A DNA stretch of 64,000 nucleotides from Solirubrobacteraceae bacterium (GTDB taxonomy: Bacteria > Actinomycetota > Thermoleophilia > Solirubrobacterales > Solirubrobacteraceae). Location: the NCBI GenBank assembly GCA_035552235.1, contig DASZLT010000040.1, positions 10,412 through 74,411 on the forward strand, written 5' to 3'. Both the position numbers and the translations under genes were made by a program. Positions 36,761-46,165 of the stretch are shown here, piece after piece (the first letter of the stretch is position 1; the number at the start of each line of letters is the position of its first letter). The notes under the pieces are model-generated. The model was given only the letters and a program-made list of their open reading frames with translations, was not told the origin of the DNA and ran no database searches.

Positions 36761-36948
36761 ATGTGGCTGCGTCGTGCCGACTGCTCGGGCCCCGGGCTCC
36801 AGCGCATCCGCCGCGGGCGTGGCTTCTCGTACTTGGACGCTGCCGGCCGGCCACTCGCCGACGAGCAGACACTCGCGCGCATCAATGCGCTGACGATCCC
36901 GCCCGCCTGGCGCGAGCCGAGCTCGCGCTGCTGCGGATGCTGGAATGA
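36761..36948 (+). pseudogene. DNA topoisomerase IB remnant (N-terminus joined to C-terminal tail)
   Basis: LRRADCSGPGLQRIRRGRGFSY..RINALTIPPAW, then AELALLRMLE* in another frame; catalytic core absent. Confidence 0.8.
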
Positions 36949-37002
36949 CGCACCCCCCCAGTCATGACGCGCCGGTGTGGTCCGTGGCCGCGCGCGGGCG
37001 CT

Positions 37003-38091
37003 TCAGGTGTGCGCGGGATGCGCCAGGCCGCCCATCGGCGTCAGCTCGTGCAGCTCACGCTCGAGCAGGTCCACGCGCCGGGCGGCCGTGTGCTCATGCA
37101 GCACGCGCTGACGCGCCCGGGCGGCGAGTGCCAGGCGCGCCTCGATCCCGGTCTCGATTAGCGCCCGCAGGACGTCGTCGGCTGAACGCGCGACCAGGAT
37201 CTCCTTCTCCGGCGTGAAGAAGTCGTCAAGCCCGGGCCAGGAGTCGGAGATGATCGCGGTACCGCAGGCCGCGGCCTCGAACAGGCGCACACTCGGCGCC
37301 CAGCCCGCCTCGCGCATTGCCGCGCGTGTGAGGTTGAGTGTGAAGCGCTGTGCTCCGTAGAAGACCGGATGACGGCCAGGGTTCACGTGCTGGATGCGGG
37401 CGACGTTCGCCGGCCAGGACATGTTCTCGGGGTATTGCGGCCCCGACACGACGAAACGGCGTGCCCGCAGGGCCCGCGCGGGCGCCAGCATCAGCGACTC
37501 GAGGCTGGACTGACGGTCCGGGCTGTAGCGGCCGAGGTACCCGAGGTCCCAGCAGGGACGGCTCGCGACCGCGACGTAGCCGCGCGGGTCGACCATCGCG
37601 TAGAACGGGATCACGCGGCGGGCGCCGAATCCCTCCAGCGCGCCCAGGTTCGGCCCACCGCTGGATGAGAGGTAGAGATCGAAGCGGGGGACAAGCGCCG
37701 GGGTCAGATACTCGAGATCCCCGGCCGTCAGCTTGGCGATCGTCTCCGGTGTCTCGATGTCGTAGAAGGCTGTGTGGCCCTCGGTGGTGGCGAGCACATA
37801 TTCGGCCACCGCCACGCCCTCGGGTATGTGCGAGCCTACGATCACCAGATCCGCTTCGGCGATCTGTCCGCCCGCGTTGTGCACGAGCTCATCGAGTGAG
37901 CCGTAGAGCAGCAGCCGAGCACCACGAAGCTCGCACAGATCACGCGTGTTCTCATACCATGGCGCATCGCGCTCGCAGAACAGCACCTCGTTTCCACGCG
38001 AGGCCAGCTCCCGCACGAGCCCGCGATAGTTGGTGGCATGGCCGTTGCCCCACGAAGACGTGATTGACAACCCCAGAACTACGACCTTCAA
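37003..38091 (-). CDS. CgeB-family glycosyltransferase (Glyco_trans_1_2)
   Basis: GLSITSSWGNGHAT, ERDAPWY, DLGYLG, TLNLTR, SVRLFEAAACG, HTAARR. Confidence 0.88.
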   Translation of the reverse strand: MKVVVLGLSITSSWGNGHATNYRGLVRELASRGNEVLFCERDAPWYENTRDLCELRGARLLLYGSLDELVHNAGGQIAEADLVIVGSHIPEGVAVAEYVLATTEGHTAFYDIETPETIAKLTAGDLEYLTPALVPRFDLYLSSSGGPNLGALEGFGARRVIPFYAMVDPRGYVAVASRPCWDLGYLGRYSPDRQSSLESLMLAPARALRARRFVVSGPQYPENMSWPANVARIQHVNPGRHPVFYGAQRFTLNLTRAAMREAGWAPSVRLFEAAACGTAIISDSWPGLDDFFTPEKEILVARSADDVLRALIETGIEARLALAARARQRVLHEHTAARRVDLLERELHELTPMGGLAHPAHT

Positions 38092-38446
38092 GTCATGGCC
38101 TCCACTGCGCATCCATCCTGTCTACCTGGCTCCGACTTCTCGGGCGGAACCATAGTGAGAATCATGTCGATTCTCCCCTGATTTGCGGGGAAACGCACGG
38201 ATTCGTGCAGGCCGCCGGTGATCGGCCCGCGCGGATGTCCGGCGTGGCGGGTCGCAGTGACCTCACGATCGCCAAGGGCTCGTAGACCCAGTCGTAGGTC
38301 TTCCGGGTGTCGACGATTGAGGTATCCGCAACTGCGTGTCTCCAATATCGAGGGAAGGCTGCCTCTGAGTTATCCGCCTGGGACGTCGGCGACACGGCGA
38401 CGGTGTGTCCTCCATGGGCTCGCGCCGCGCCGCGGTGCGGGACGGA

Positions 38447-40231
38447 TCAGTCGCGTGGCGGCGGGCCAGCGGGATCGCGAACCAGGTGCCGCCGAGCACG
38501 AGGAACGCGCAGATCCCGACGGCGATCGCGCATCTTCTGGCCGGCCTCACGCGGTTGCAGGGATCTGGGTCTCTCGGTGGCGCTGACGCGCTTGTCGCCG
38601 AGCCGCTCGGCCAGTCGGCTGGCCAGGGCCATGATCGTCAGCGCCGGGTTGGCGGATCCCTGGGTTGGCATCACGCTGCCGTCGCAGACGAATAGGTTGG
38701 GGATCCCCCAGACTCGGTGGTCGCTGTCGATCACGCCTGAGTCCGGATCGCCGGACATGGCGCAACCCCCGACGAGGTGGGCGTAGCGGTCGATCGTCAG
38801 GAGGTCCTGCGCGTCCACGGCCTGCAGGATCGAACGGACCTTGTTCTTCGCGTAGGCGATGTTCGCGCGGTCGTTCTCGCACTGCGTGTAGTCCAAGCGT
38901 GCCACGGGGATGCCGTTGCGATCGCGCTGATCGCTCAACGTCACGCGGTTCTCCGGACGCGGCAGCAGCTCGCAGAGGACGCCGATCGTGGCCCAATGGT
39001 TGTAGTCGCGCATGTACTCGCGTAGCGCCTGTCCCCAGTGCCCGTCGGCCTGCACGTGCTCTGCCCATCCGATCGGCAGCGGCCCGACCGTCTGGATGGA
39101 GAAGCCGCGCGCGAAGCCGCGCTCCGGGTCGGTTTCATAGAACTGTTCGGAGCTGATCTCGGGTGGAGGCGCCTTGTACATACGCATCTCCTCGGGGAAG
39201 CGGCCGGCGACCTGGGGCGCGCCCTGGACCATGATCCCGCGCCCGACGAGGTCGTTGTCGTTACCCAGCCCATGCGGATATCTCGTACTCGTCGAGTTCA
39301 GCAACAGCCGGGGCGTCTCGATCGAATAGCCGGAGACGGTGACCGCCTCGGCCGCCTGGGAGCATTCGCGGCCGTCGTGGACATAGGTGACGCCGGTGCA
39401 GCCGCCGGACGCATCGGTCTCGATCCGGGTCACCATGCAGTCCGCTCGTACCTCCACACCATGGGCCAGGGCGTCCGGGATGTGGGTGACCAGTGGCGAG
39501 GCCTTGGCGCCGACCTTGCAGCCCTGCAGACAGAAGCCCCGGTAGATGCAGTGCGGCCTGTGTCCGAACGAACCGTTGGCGATCCCGACCGGCCCCACGC
39601 GCATCTGGATCCCCAACTGCTTGGCGCCCTCCCAGGCTCGCCGTGCACCGGCACCGATCGGATGGGGCCCGTGTGGATAGCCGTGCGGGTCTCCCCACGG
39701 CCAGAACTCACCGGCCACCGGCAGTTCCTGCTCGAGCCGCTCGTAGTGCCGCTTGAGATCCTGGTAGCCGATTGGCCAGTCGGCGGCGGCGCCGTCGCGC
39801 GTGCGGACCTCGAAGTCCGAGGGATGGAAGCGCGGGGTGTACCCGGCGTAGTGGATCATCGACCCGCCGACGCCGCGGCCGGAGTTGTTCTTGCCGAGCT
39901 CGACGGGGTCCTCACCGCCAATGACCCTCTCCTCGGTCCAGTAGAGCGAGTGCGCGCCGGCCTCGTCTGAGACCCAGTCCTCGTCCGGGTCCCAGAAGGG
40001 GCCCGCCTCGAGCACCAGCACCGTCCACCCGCGCCGTGCGAGCCGCTGGGCGAGCGTCGCGCCACCCGCCCCGGCCCCGATGATGAGCATGTCGACCGCG
40101 TCGTTCGGCTCGTATCGCCGCATCTGCTCGCGGCCGGGCGCCCCGGGGTGGTGCGGGTCCAGCAGGAAGGCCGAGTCGTTCTCCGGCGGATGGAGCGCAC
40201 CCTTTAGCGCGAGCTGCAGCCGACGCTTCAT
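38447..40231 (-). CDS. GMC family oxidoreductase
   Basis: IIGAGAGG, GRGVGGS, CIYRGFCLQGC, ETPRLLLNS, HLVGG, GSANPALT. Confidence 0.92.
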   Translation of the reverse strand: MKRRLQLALKGALHPPENDSAFLLDPHHPGAPGREQMRRYEPNDAVDMLIIGAGAGGATLAQRLARRGWTVLVLEAGPFWDPDEDWVSDEAGAHSLYWTEERVIGGEDPVELGKNNSGRGVGGSMIHYAGYTPRFHPSDFEVRTRDGAAADWPIGYQDLKRHYERLEQELPVAGEFWPWGDPHGYPHGPHPIGAGARRAWEGAKQLGIQMRVGPVGIANGSFGHRPHCIYRGFCLQGCKVGAKASPLVTHIPDALAHGVEVRADCMVTRIETDASGGCTGVTYVHDGRECSQAAEAVTVSGYSIETPRLLLNSTSTRYPHGLGNDNDLVGRGIMVQGAPQVAGRFPEEMRMYKAPPPEISSEQFYETDPERGFARGFSIQTVGPLPIGWAEHVQADGHWGQALREYMRDYNHWATIGVLCELLPRPENRVTLSDQRDRNGIPVARLDYTQCENDRANIAYAKNKVRSILQAVDAQDLLTIDRYAHLVGGCAMSGDPDSGVIDSDHRVWGIPNLFVCDGSVMPTQGSANPALTIMALASRLAERLGDKRVSATERPRSLQPREAGQKMRDRRRDLRVPRARRHLVRDPAGPPPRD

Positions 40232-40959
40232 TCCAGGCCTCGCTCGGACACGTCACTGACCGGGTCAACCGAGAATTCAGGCGGCGCCTCCCAGTGCTCA
40301 CGCTGGCCGGGGCCCAGGCGGGCGTAGCCGCGCGGGTAGGCGGGACCACCGAACCCGATCTCGTTCCAGGCCCACGGGTGTGAGTAGAAGGCGCCGAGCA
40401 CACCGCGCATGACGACGCCCCATGCCAGCTTGGCGGGGATATCCATGGCCAGCTCGCCGCGTGAGAACGCATCGACGATCTGGTGCTGGGCCTCGCTGTC
40501 AAGATCGGCAAAGTCCGCACCTTGTTCGCACGCGCGGGCGGCACTGTCGAGCGCGGCGGCAACCTGCTGCCAGGTCTCCGGATCCGACGGCATGTCCGCG
40601 TAGCGGTACCCGTCGAGCTTGCCCGTGTAGAGCTTTGCGTCGACCATCTCGAGCGCTGGGATCCGTGGGTCGGAGTCCTGACCCATGACCACGTCGCAGA
40701 ATGCGCGTAGGGTGCGCTCCTGCTCGGCCGCGAAGAAGCGGATCTCCGGGGGCTGCGCCACGCGGTCGAAGACGACACGGCGGGTCAGAGGATCCCAATG
40801 ATCGGCGGCGGCAAGCACGTCATAGTCCGGGTATCGGCCCTGCATCTGCGGGGTTGTCCCGCGACGCTGGGTCGGCAGGCCCGGCGGTGGGCCGGGACCG
40901 GTGTCCCCACCCTGCTTGGGCAGATGGCTGGCATCCGCCGAGCGGTTCGATGTGCCCAT
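40228..40959 (-). CDS. Gluconate 2-dehydrogenase subunit 3 family protein
   Basis: RYPDYDVL..HWD, FYSHPWAWNEIGFGGPAYPRGY. Confidence 0.85.
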   Translation of the reverse strand: MGTSNRSADASHLPKQGGDTGPGPPPGLPTQRRGTTPQMQGRYPDYDVLAAADHWDPLTRRVVFDRVAQPPEIRFFAAEQERTLRAFCDVVMGQDSDPRIPALEMVDAKLYTGKLDGYRYADMPSDPETWQQVAAALDSAARACEQGADFADLDSEAQHQIVDAFSRGELAMDIPAKLAWGVVMRGVLGAFYSHPWAWNEIGFGGPAYPRGYARLGPGQREHWEAPPEFSVDPVSDVSERGLE

Positions 40960-40963
40960 CGGG

Positions 40964-41383
40964 CTACTGTTCCCGATCCGCCAGCGCCGCGGCGAGCCCG
41001 ATGCCGCCCACCAGCGCGAGCGATCCCGGCGCGAGCAGCGGCGGGCCCATCACCAGGTTGTAGAGCGGCTCCGAAAACCCGCCGGGCCGCTTGCGCACCC
41101 CCTGGAGGTGTGTGTACACGCCGATCAGGCCGTCCAGGCAGTACAGCCCTGAGAACAGCGGAAGCGCCGTCCTCGCCGCCCGAGTCGAGCCAACCGCCGC
41201 GAGGCCCGATGCGGTGAGCAGCGGAGAGAGCACCACCGGCGTCCACATCCACTTGTCACCGAACGAACCTCGGAAATGTTCAAGGTAGATCTCGAATCCG
41301 AGCGGAAGTGCGCTGAACGCGGTCACGGCGGCGAGCGTTCGCTGCGCACGGCCATGCCGCAGGTTCGGCCAGAGCCCGCTCAT
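40964..41383 (-). CDS. Membrane protein associated with the GMC operon
   Basis: EHFRGSF..WMWTP, G..H..G, GPPLLAP; 4 TM with conserved His. Confidence 0.75.
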   Translation of the reverse strand: MSGLWPNLRHGRAQRTLAAVTAFSALPLGFEIYLEHFRGSFGDKWMWTPVVLSPLLTASGLAAVGSTRAARTALPLFSGLYCLDGLIGVYTHLQGVRKRPGGFSEPLYNLVMGPPLLAPGSLALVGGIGLAAALADREQ

Positions 41384-43170
41384 CGGCCGTGGATGAAGTC
41401 GGGCAGCTTCTGGCGCAGCGACTGCGAGATGATTCGTCCGCTCGCCGGGTCACCGTGGCGGATCGCGGAAGCAAGCGATCTTGCCTGCTCGATCGTGATG
41501 TGGGGAGGAAGCGGTGGCACCTCGGGATCGCAGACGACGTCGAGCACGGTCGGTCGATCGCTGCTCAGCGCTTCGTCCCACGCCTTGCCGATCTGGCTCG
41601 GATCATCGACGCGAATGCCCTTCAGGCCGAGTAGCTCCGCCCAGCGCGAGTACGGCACATCCGGCAGCTCCTGGGACTCCACGAACTTGGGATCGCCCGA
41701 CATCGCCCGCTGTTCCCAGGTCACCTGGTTGAGGTCGCGGTTGTTGAGCACCACCACGATCAGGCGCTGGTCGCTCCAGCGCGCCCGGTATTTGGCGACG
41801 GTGATCAGCTCGGCAAGTCCGTTCATCTGCATCGCGCCGTCACCGACCATCGCGATCACCGGCCGGTCGGGGTGCGCGAACTTCGCCGCGATCGCATAGG
41901 GGACGCCCGGCCCCATTGTCGCCAGCGTGCCGGAGAGCGAAGCCATCATGCCCTTGCGCAGGCGGACGTCGCGTGCGTACCAGTTGGCCGACGACCCGGA
42001 ATCGGAGGACAGAATCGCGCCTTCCGGCAGACGCTTGGAGAGCTCATGAAAGATGAGCTGGGGGTTGATCGGCTCGGCGGGCTCGTGGGCTCGCTCTTCG
42101 ATCACCTTCCACCACTCGGAGACGCCCTTCTCGATCTGCTCGCGCCACGAGCGGTCCTGTTTGTGCTCGAGCAGCGGCAGCAGTGCCCGCAGCGTCAGGG
42201 CGCTGTCGCCGATGAGGTTGGCCTCCATCGGGTAGCGGATCCCGATCATCTTGCCGTCAAGGTCGATCTGTACGCCGCGTGCCTTGCCCTCCTCGGGGAG
42301 GAACTCGGAGTAGGGGAAGCTCGAGCCAACCATCAGCAGCGTGTCGCAGTCGTTCATCATGTCCCAGCTCGGCCGCGTGCCGAGCAGGCCGATCGATCCG
42401 GTGACGAACGGCAGGTCATCCGGGACCGCGGCCTTGCCGAGCAGAGCCTTTGCCACGCCGGCGCCGAGGGTGTCGGCGACCTCGATCACCTCGTCGGTGG
42501 CGCGCAGGGCGCCGGCCCCCACGAGCATCGCGACGCGTTCACCGGAGTTGAGGATCTCGGCCGCCTGCCGCAGTTGATCCTCGGACGGCGTGATGCGCGG
42601 GGGTTCATAGCCGGGTCCCGAATGGACGGTCCCGTGGGCCCGTGGCGGCGTCGGCACGGCCGGCTCCATCTGCAGGTCGTTGGGCACGATCAGGCAGGTA
42701 ACGGTGCGCTCCGAGAGCGCGATCCGCAGGGCGCGGTCGATCAGGTGCCGCATCTGACCCGGTTGGGTCGCCATCTGTACGTACTCGTGGGCCACGTCCT
42801 TGAACAGCGTGGTCAGGTCGACCTCCTGCTGGTAATTGCCACCGAGTCCCAGCATCGCCTGCTGTCCGACTATCGCGACCACCGGTTGGTGGTCGAGCTT
42901 GGCGTCGTAGAGCCCGTTGAGCAGATGGATCGCGCCGGGTCCGGAGGTCGCCAGGCAGACACCCACCTCTCCGGTGAACTTTGCGTGCGCGCAGGCCATG
43001 AAGGCCGCCATCTCCTCGTGCCGGACCTGGATGAACTCCGGACGATTGTCGGCCCGCCCAAACGCGCCGATGATCCCGTTGACCCCGTCACCGGGAAATC
43101 CGTAGATGCGTTTCACCCCCCATTCATTGGACAGGCGGTGAAGTAGGAAGTCGGCAACGGACTGGCTCAT
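41380..43170 (-). CDS. Thiamine pyrophosphate-requiring protein (pyruvate oxidase/PoxB-like)
   Basis: GFPGDG, VRHEE, TSGPGAIHLLNGLYDAK, GDGAMQMN, NNRDL. Confidence 0.92.
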   Translation of the reverse strand: MSQSVADFLLHRLSNEWGVKRIYGFPGDGVNGIIGAFGRADNRPEFIQVRHEEMAAFMACAHAKFTGEVGVCLATSGPGAIHLLNGLYDAKLDHQPVVAIVGQQAMLGLGGNYQQEVDLTTLFKDVAHEYVQMATQPGQMRHLIDRALRIALSERTVTCLIVPNDLQMEPAVPTPPRAHGTVHSGPGYEPPRITPSEDQLRQAAEILNSGERVAMLVGAGALRATDEVIEVADTLGAGVAKALLGKAAVPDDLPFVTGSIGLLGTRPSWDMMNDCDTLLMVGSSFPYSEFLPEEGKARGVQIDLDGKMIGIRYPMEANLIGDSALTLRALLPLLEHKQDRSWREQIEKGVSEWWKVIEERAHEPAEPINPQLIFHELSKRLPEGAILSSDSGSSANWYARDVRLRKGMMASLSGTLATMGPGVPYAIAAKFAHPDRPVIAMVGDGAMQMNGLAELITVAKYRARWSDQRLIVVVLNNRDLNQVTWEQRAMSGDPKFVESQELPDVPYSRWAELLGLKGIRVDDPSQIGKAWDEALSSDRPTVLDVVCDPEVPPLPPHITIEQARSLASAIRHGDPASGRIISQSLRQKLPDFIHGR

Positions 43171-43212
43171 GAAGGACCTCTGCGATCGGGCACGCGGTGG
43201 TGTTGGTTGGTC

Positions 43213-43239
43213 CTACCCGACGACTTCGGGGCGCGAAAC
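43213..43239 (-). promoter_or_regulatory. SigB/SigF-type promoter GTTT-N17-GGGTAG
   Basis: Minus strand cGTTTcgcgccccgaagtcgtcGGGTAG about 45 nt upstream of the ThDP enzyme ATG. Confidence 0.65.
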
Positions 43240-43370
43240 GACGCGTCGCCAGCAGTCAACCGGCGGGCGTCGCGGGGGTCGCCGACCCTGAGGCCGGGTA
43301 GGGAGCGTTTCGTGCCCCGACGCTCGCTCATCCTGCAGATGACTCCACGCACGGGCGGGGGGTAGGGCCG

Positions 43371-44363
43371 ATGGGTCCGCTTGTCGTTGCCGTCACCGGC
43401 GCCAGCTCAGGTGTGGGGCGTGCCACCGCGCACGCCTTCGCCCGCGGAGGAGCCACCGTCGGCCTGATCGCCCGTGGCGAGGAGGCGCTGGAGGCGACCG
43501 CCGCCGAAGTGAAGGCTCTCGGCGGCACACCGGTCCGGCTGGTGTGCGACGTCGCCGATGCGGGCGCGGTCGAGGCTGCAGCTGAAGAGCTCGAACGGCA
43601 TGCTGCGATCGATGTCTGGGTCAACAACGCGATGGCGAGCGTCTTCGCGCCGACCTGGGAGATCAGCGCAGCTGAGTTCAAGCGCGTGACCGAGGTCACC
43701 TACCTCGGTGTGGTCAACGGCACGCTCAGCGCTCTGGCCCGGATGCGAGCCCGGGACCGCGGCGTGATCGTGCAGGTCGGGTCGGCGCTCGCCTACCGGG
43801 GCATCCCGCTGCAGAGTCCCTATTGCGCGAGCAAGCACGCGATCCAGGGGTTCAACGAGTCGCTGCGCTGCGAGCTGATGAGCGAGCACAGCGGCGTGAG
43901 GGTGACGATGGTACAGCTACCGGCACTCAACACTCCGCAGTTCGACACCGTACGGACGCGGCTGCCGCGCCACCCGCAACCGGTGCCGCCGATCTACCAG
44001 CCGGAGGTCGCCGCGCGGGCGATTGTCACCGCAGCAAGGCACCCGGCCCGGCGCGAATGGTGGGTCGGCGGCTCGACCATGGTGACGTTGCTGGGCAACG
44101 CGATCGCACCAGGTCTCGGGGATCGATACCTGGCGCGAACCGGAGTAGATGCACAGCAGACCGACCAGACGGTCCAGAAGGACCGACCGGACAATCTGGT
44201 CGAGCCCGTCCCCGGACCCGGCGCTACGCATGGGGACTTCGATCAACGCGCCACCGACCGCAGCCTGCAGTGGCTTGCGACTCGACACCGTCGAGTCCTG
44301 GCCGCCGTCGTCGGCACCGTAACGACCATGGGGACCGCGGGCGCGCTCACGCGGAGGCGATGA
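43371..44363 (+). CDS. SDR family oxidoreductase
   Basis: TGASSGVG, VNNA, YCASK, PPIYQPEVAA. Confidence 0.92.
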   Translation: MGPLVVAVTGASSGVGRATAHAFARGGATVGLIARGEEALEATAAEVKALGGTPVRLVCDVADAGAVEAAAEELERHAAIDVWVNNAMASVFAPTWEISAAEFKRVTEVTYLGVVNGTLSALARMRARDRGVIVQVGSALAYRGIPLQSPYCASKHAIQGFNESLRCELMSEHSGVRVTMVQLPALNTPQFDTVRTRLPRHPQPVPPIYQPEVAARAIVTAARHPARREWWVGGSTMVTLLGNAIAPGLGDRYLARTGVDAQQTDQTVQKDRPDNLVEPVPGPGATHGDFDQRATDRSLQWLATRHRRVLAAVVGTVTTMGTAGALTRRR

Positions 44364-46165
44364 CCGAGCTGCCACCAATCGTCGGCTACGGGATGATCGG
44401 CGACTGTCACACCGCTGCGCTGGTCTCATCGGACTGCTCGATCGACTGGTGCTGTCTGCCGCGGTTCGACAGCGGAAGCCATTTCGGTCGCCTGCTCGAC
44501 GCGGATCGCGGAGGCTTCTGCGCGGTCACGCTCGACGGCGGGACGATCTCGCGAAGCTGCCGTTATGTCGAGGACACGATGGTGCTCGAAACCCTGCTGG
44601 AAGGGCGTGGGGGGACGGCCAAGGTGACCGACTTCTTGGCGGTGCGCGAAGGTGGGCGAAATGATCCACGCCGCGAGTTGATTCGGATCGTCGAGTGCGT
44701 TCGCGGTAGCGCGGAAGTGGCGATCGAGGTCGCGCCGCGCTTCGACTACGGGGCGGTGCGCCCCTGGTTACGGCGCTTGACGGCGGAAGCGTTCGCCGCG
44801 ATCGGGGGCGATGACGGCCTTCTGGTGTGGAGCGATGCGCCGATCGCGGCCGAGCAGGACAGCCTCGTTGCCCGCAAGCGACTCAGCACCGGCGCGCAGA
44901 TGCGGCTACTGATCCGATTCGTTCGCCCGCACGTGCTGGCGCACGAGCCGAGCAGCATTGACGGGGCCGACGTGGACGCTCGCCTGCAGGAGACAATCGC
45001 CTGGTGGCAGGACTGGCGCGCTCGCATGAAGAGCGACGGACCCGACCAGAAGGCCGCCGTGCGCTCGGCGATGGTGCTGAAGGCCTTGAGCTATGCCCCG
45101 ACGGGCGCCTTCGTGGCGGCGGCGACCACATCGCTGCCCGAGACGCTCGGAGGGGAACGGAACTGGGATTACCGCTATAGCTGGGTGCGGGATTCGAGCC
45201 TGAGCGCGCGGGCGCTCGCCGAGATCGGTTGCGAGCGCGAGGCCGACGGCTTTCGCCGCTTCATCGTCCGCAGCGCCGCCGGGCACGCGGAGGACCTTCA
45301 GATCATGTTCGGGATCGGCGGTGAGCGGCGCATCGGCGAACAGCAACTGGACCTGGCCGGCCACCGCGGCTCGCAGCCGGTGCGAGTCGGCAACGACGCG
45401 GTCGGCCAGCTTCAACTGGACGCCTACGGCGAGATCCTCAACCTGGCCTGGCGCTGGCACCAGCGCGGCCATTCGCCTGACGACGACGAGTGGCGATTCT
45501 TCGCCGACCTGGTCGAGGCGGCGGTGGAGCGCTGGCGTGAGCCCGACCGTGGGATCTGGGAGTGGCGCGGCGACCCGCGGCACTTCGTCCACTCCAAGGC
45601 GTGCTGCTGGGCCGCCGTCGATCGCGGCCTGCGGCTCGCCGATGAGTGCGCTCGGCAAGCGCCCACGCGGCGCTGGCAGCGGGCACGCACCGAAATGCGC
45701 GAGGTGATCGAGGCCCATGGCTATGACCAGGATCGCGGCGTGTTCGTGCAGTGTCTCGACGAAACCCGGCTCGACGCCGCGCTGCTGCTGCTGCCCGTCG
45801 TCGGGTTTGTCGACTTCGACGACGAGCGGATGCTGCGCACCGCCGATGCGATCCGCGACGAGCTCGGTGCAAACGGATTCCTCTACAGATACCGGGAGAA
45901 GGACGGGCTCGGCGGCCCCGAGGGCGCGTTCCTGTCGTGCTCGTTCTGGCTCGCGGAGTGCTACGCCCGGCAGGGCCGGCTCCAGGAAGCACGGGCGGTG
46001 TTTGATCGAGCGCTCGGCGCAGCCACGCCCCTGGGACTGTTCTCGGAGGAGCTCGATCCCGCCAGCGGCGAGCTGCTCGGCAACTATCCACAGACCCTGA
46101 CCCACCTTTCGCACATCACCGCGATGTTCGCGTTGACCGAGGCCGAGGCGCAGGTGATGTCCTGA
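44360..46165 (+). CDS. GH15 glycoside hydrolase (trehalase/glucoamylase-like)
   Basis: IGDCHTAALV, AAATTSLPE, RNWDYRYSWVRD, QLDAYGE, GIWEWR, GNYPQ. Confidence 0.92.
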   Translation: MTELPPIVGYGMIGDCHTAALVSSDCSIDWCCLPRFDSGSHFGRLLDADRGGFCAVTLDGGTISRSCRYVEDTMVLETLLEGRGGTAKVTDFLAVREGGRNDPRRELIRIVECVRGSAEVAIEVAPRFDYGAVRPWLRRLTAEAFAAIGGDDGLLVWSDAPIAAEQDSLVARKRLSTGAQMRLLIRFVRPHVLAHEPSSIDGADVDARLQETIAWWQDWRARMKSDGPDQKAAVRSAMVLKALSYAPTGAFVAAATTSLPETLGGERNWDYRYSWVRDSSLSARALAEIGCEREADGFRRFIVRSAAGHAEDLQIMFGIGGERRIGEQQLDLAGHRGSQPVRVGNDAVGQLQLDAYGEILNLAWRWHQRGHSPDDDEWRFFADLVEAAVERWREPDRGIWEWRGDPRHFVHSKACCWAAVDRGLRLADECARQAPTRRWQRARTEMREVIEAHGYDQDRGVFVQCLDETRLDAALLLLPVVGFVDFDDERMLRTADAIRDELGANGFLYRYREKDGLGGPEGAFLSCSFWLAECYARQGRLQEARAVFDRALGAATPLGLFSEELDPASGELLGNYPQTLTHLSHITAMFALTEAEAQVMS

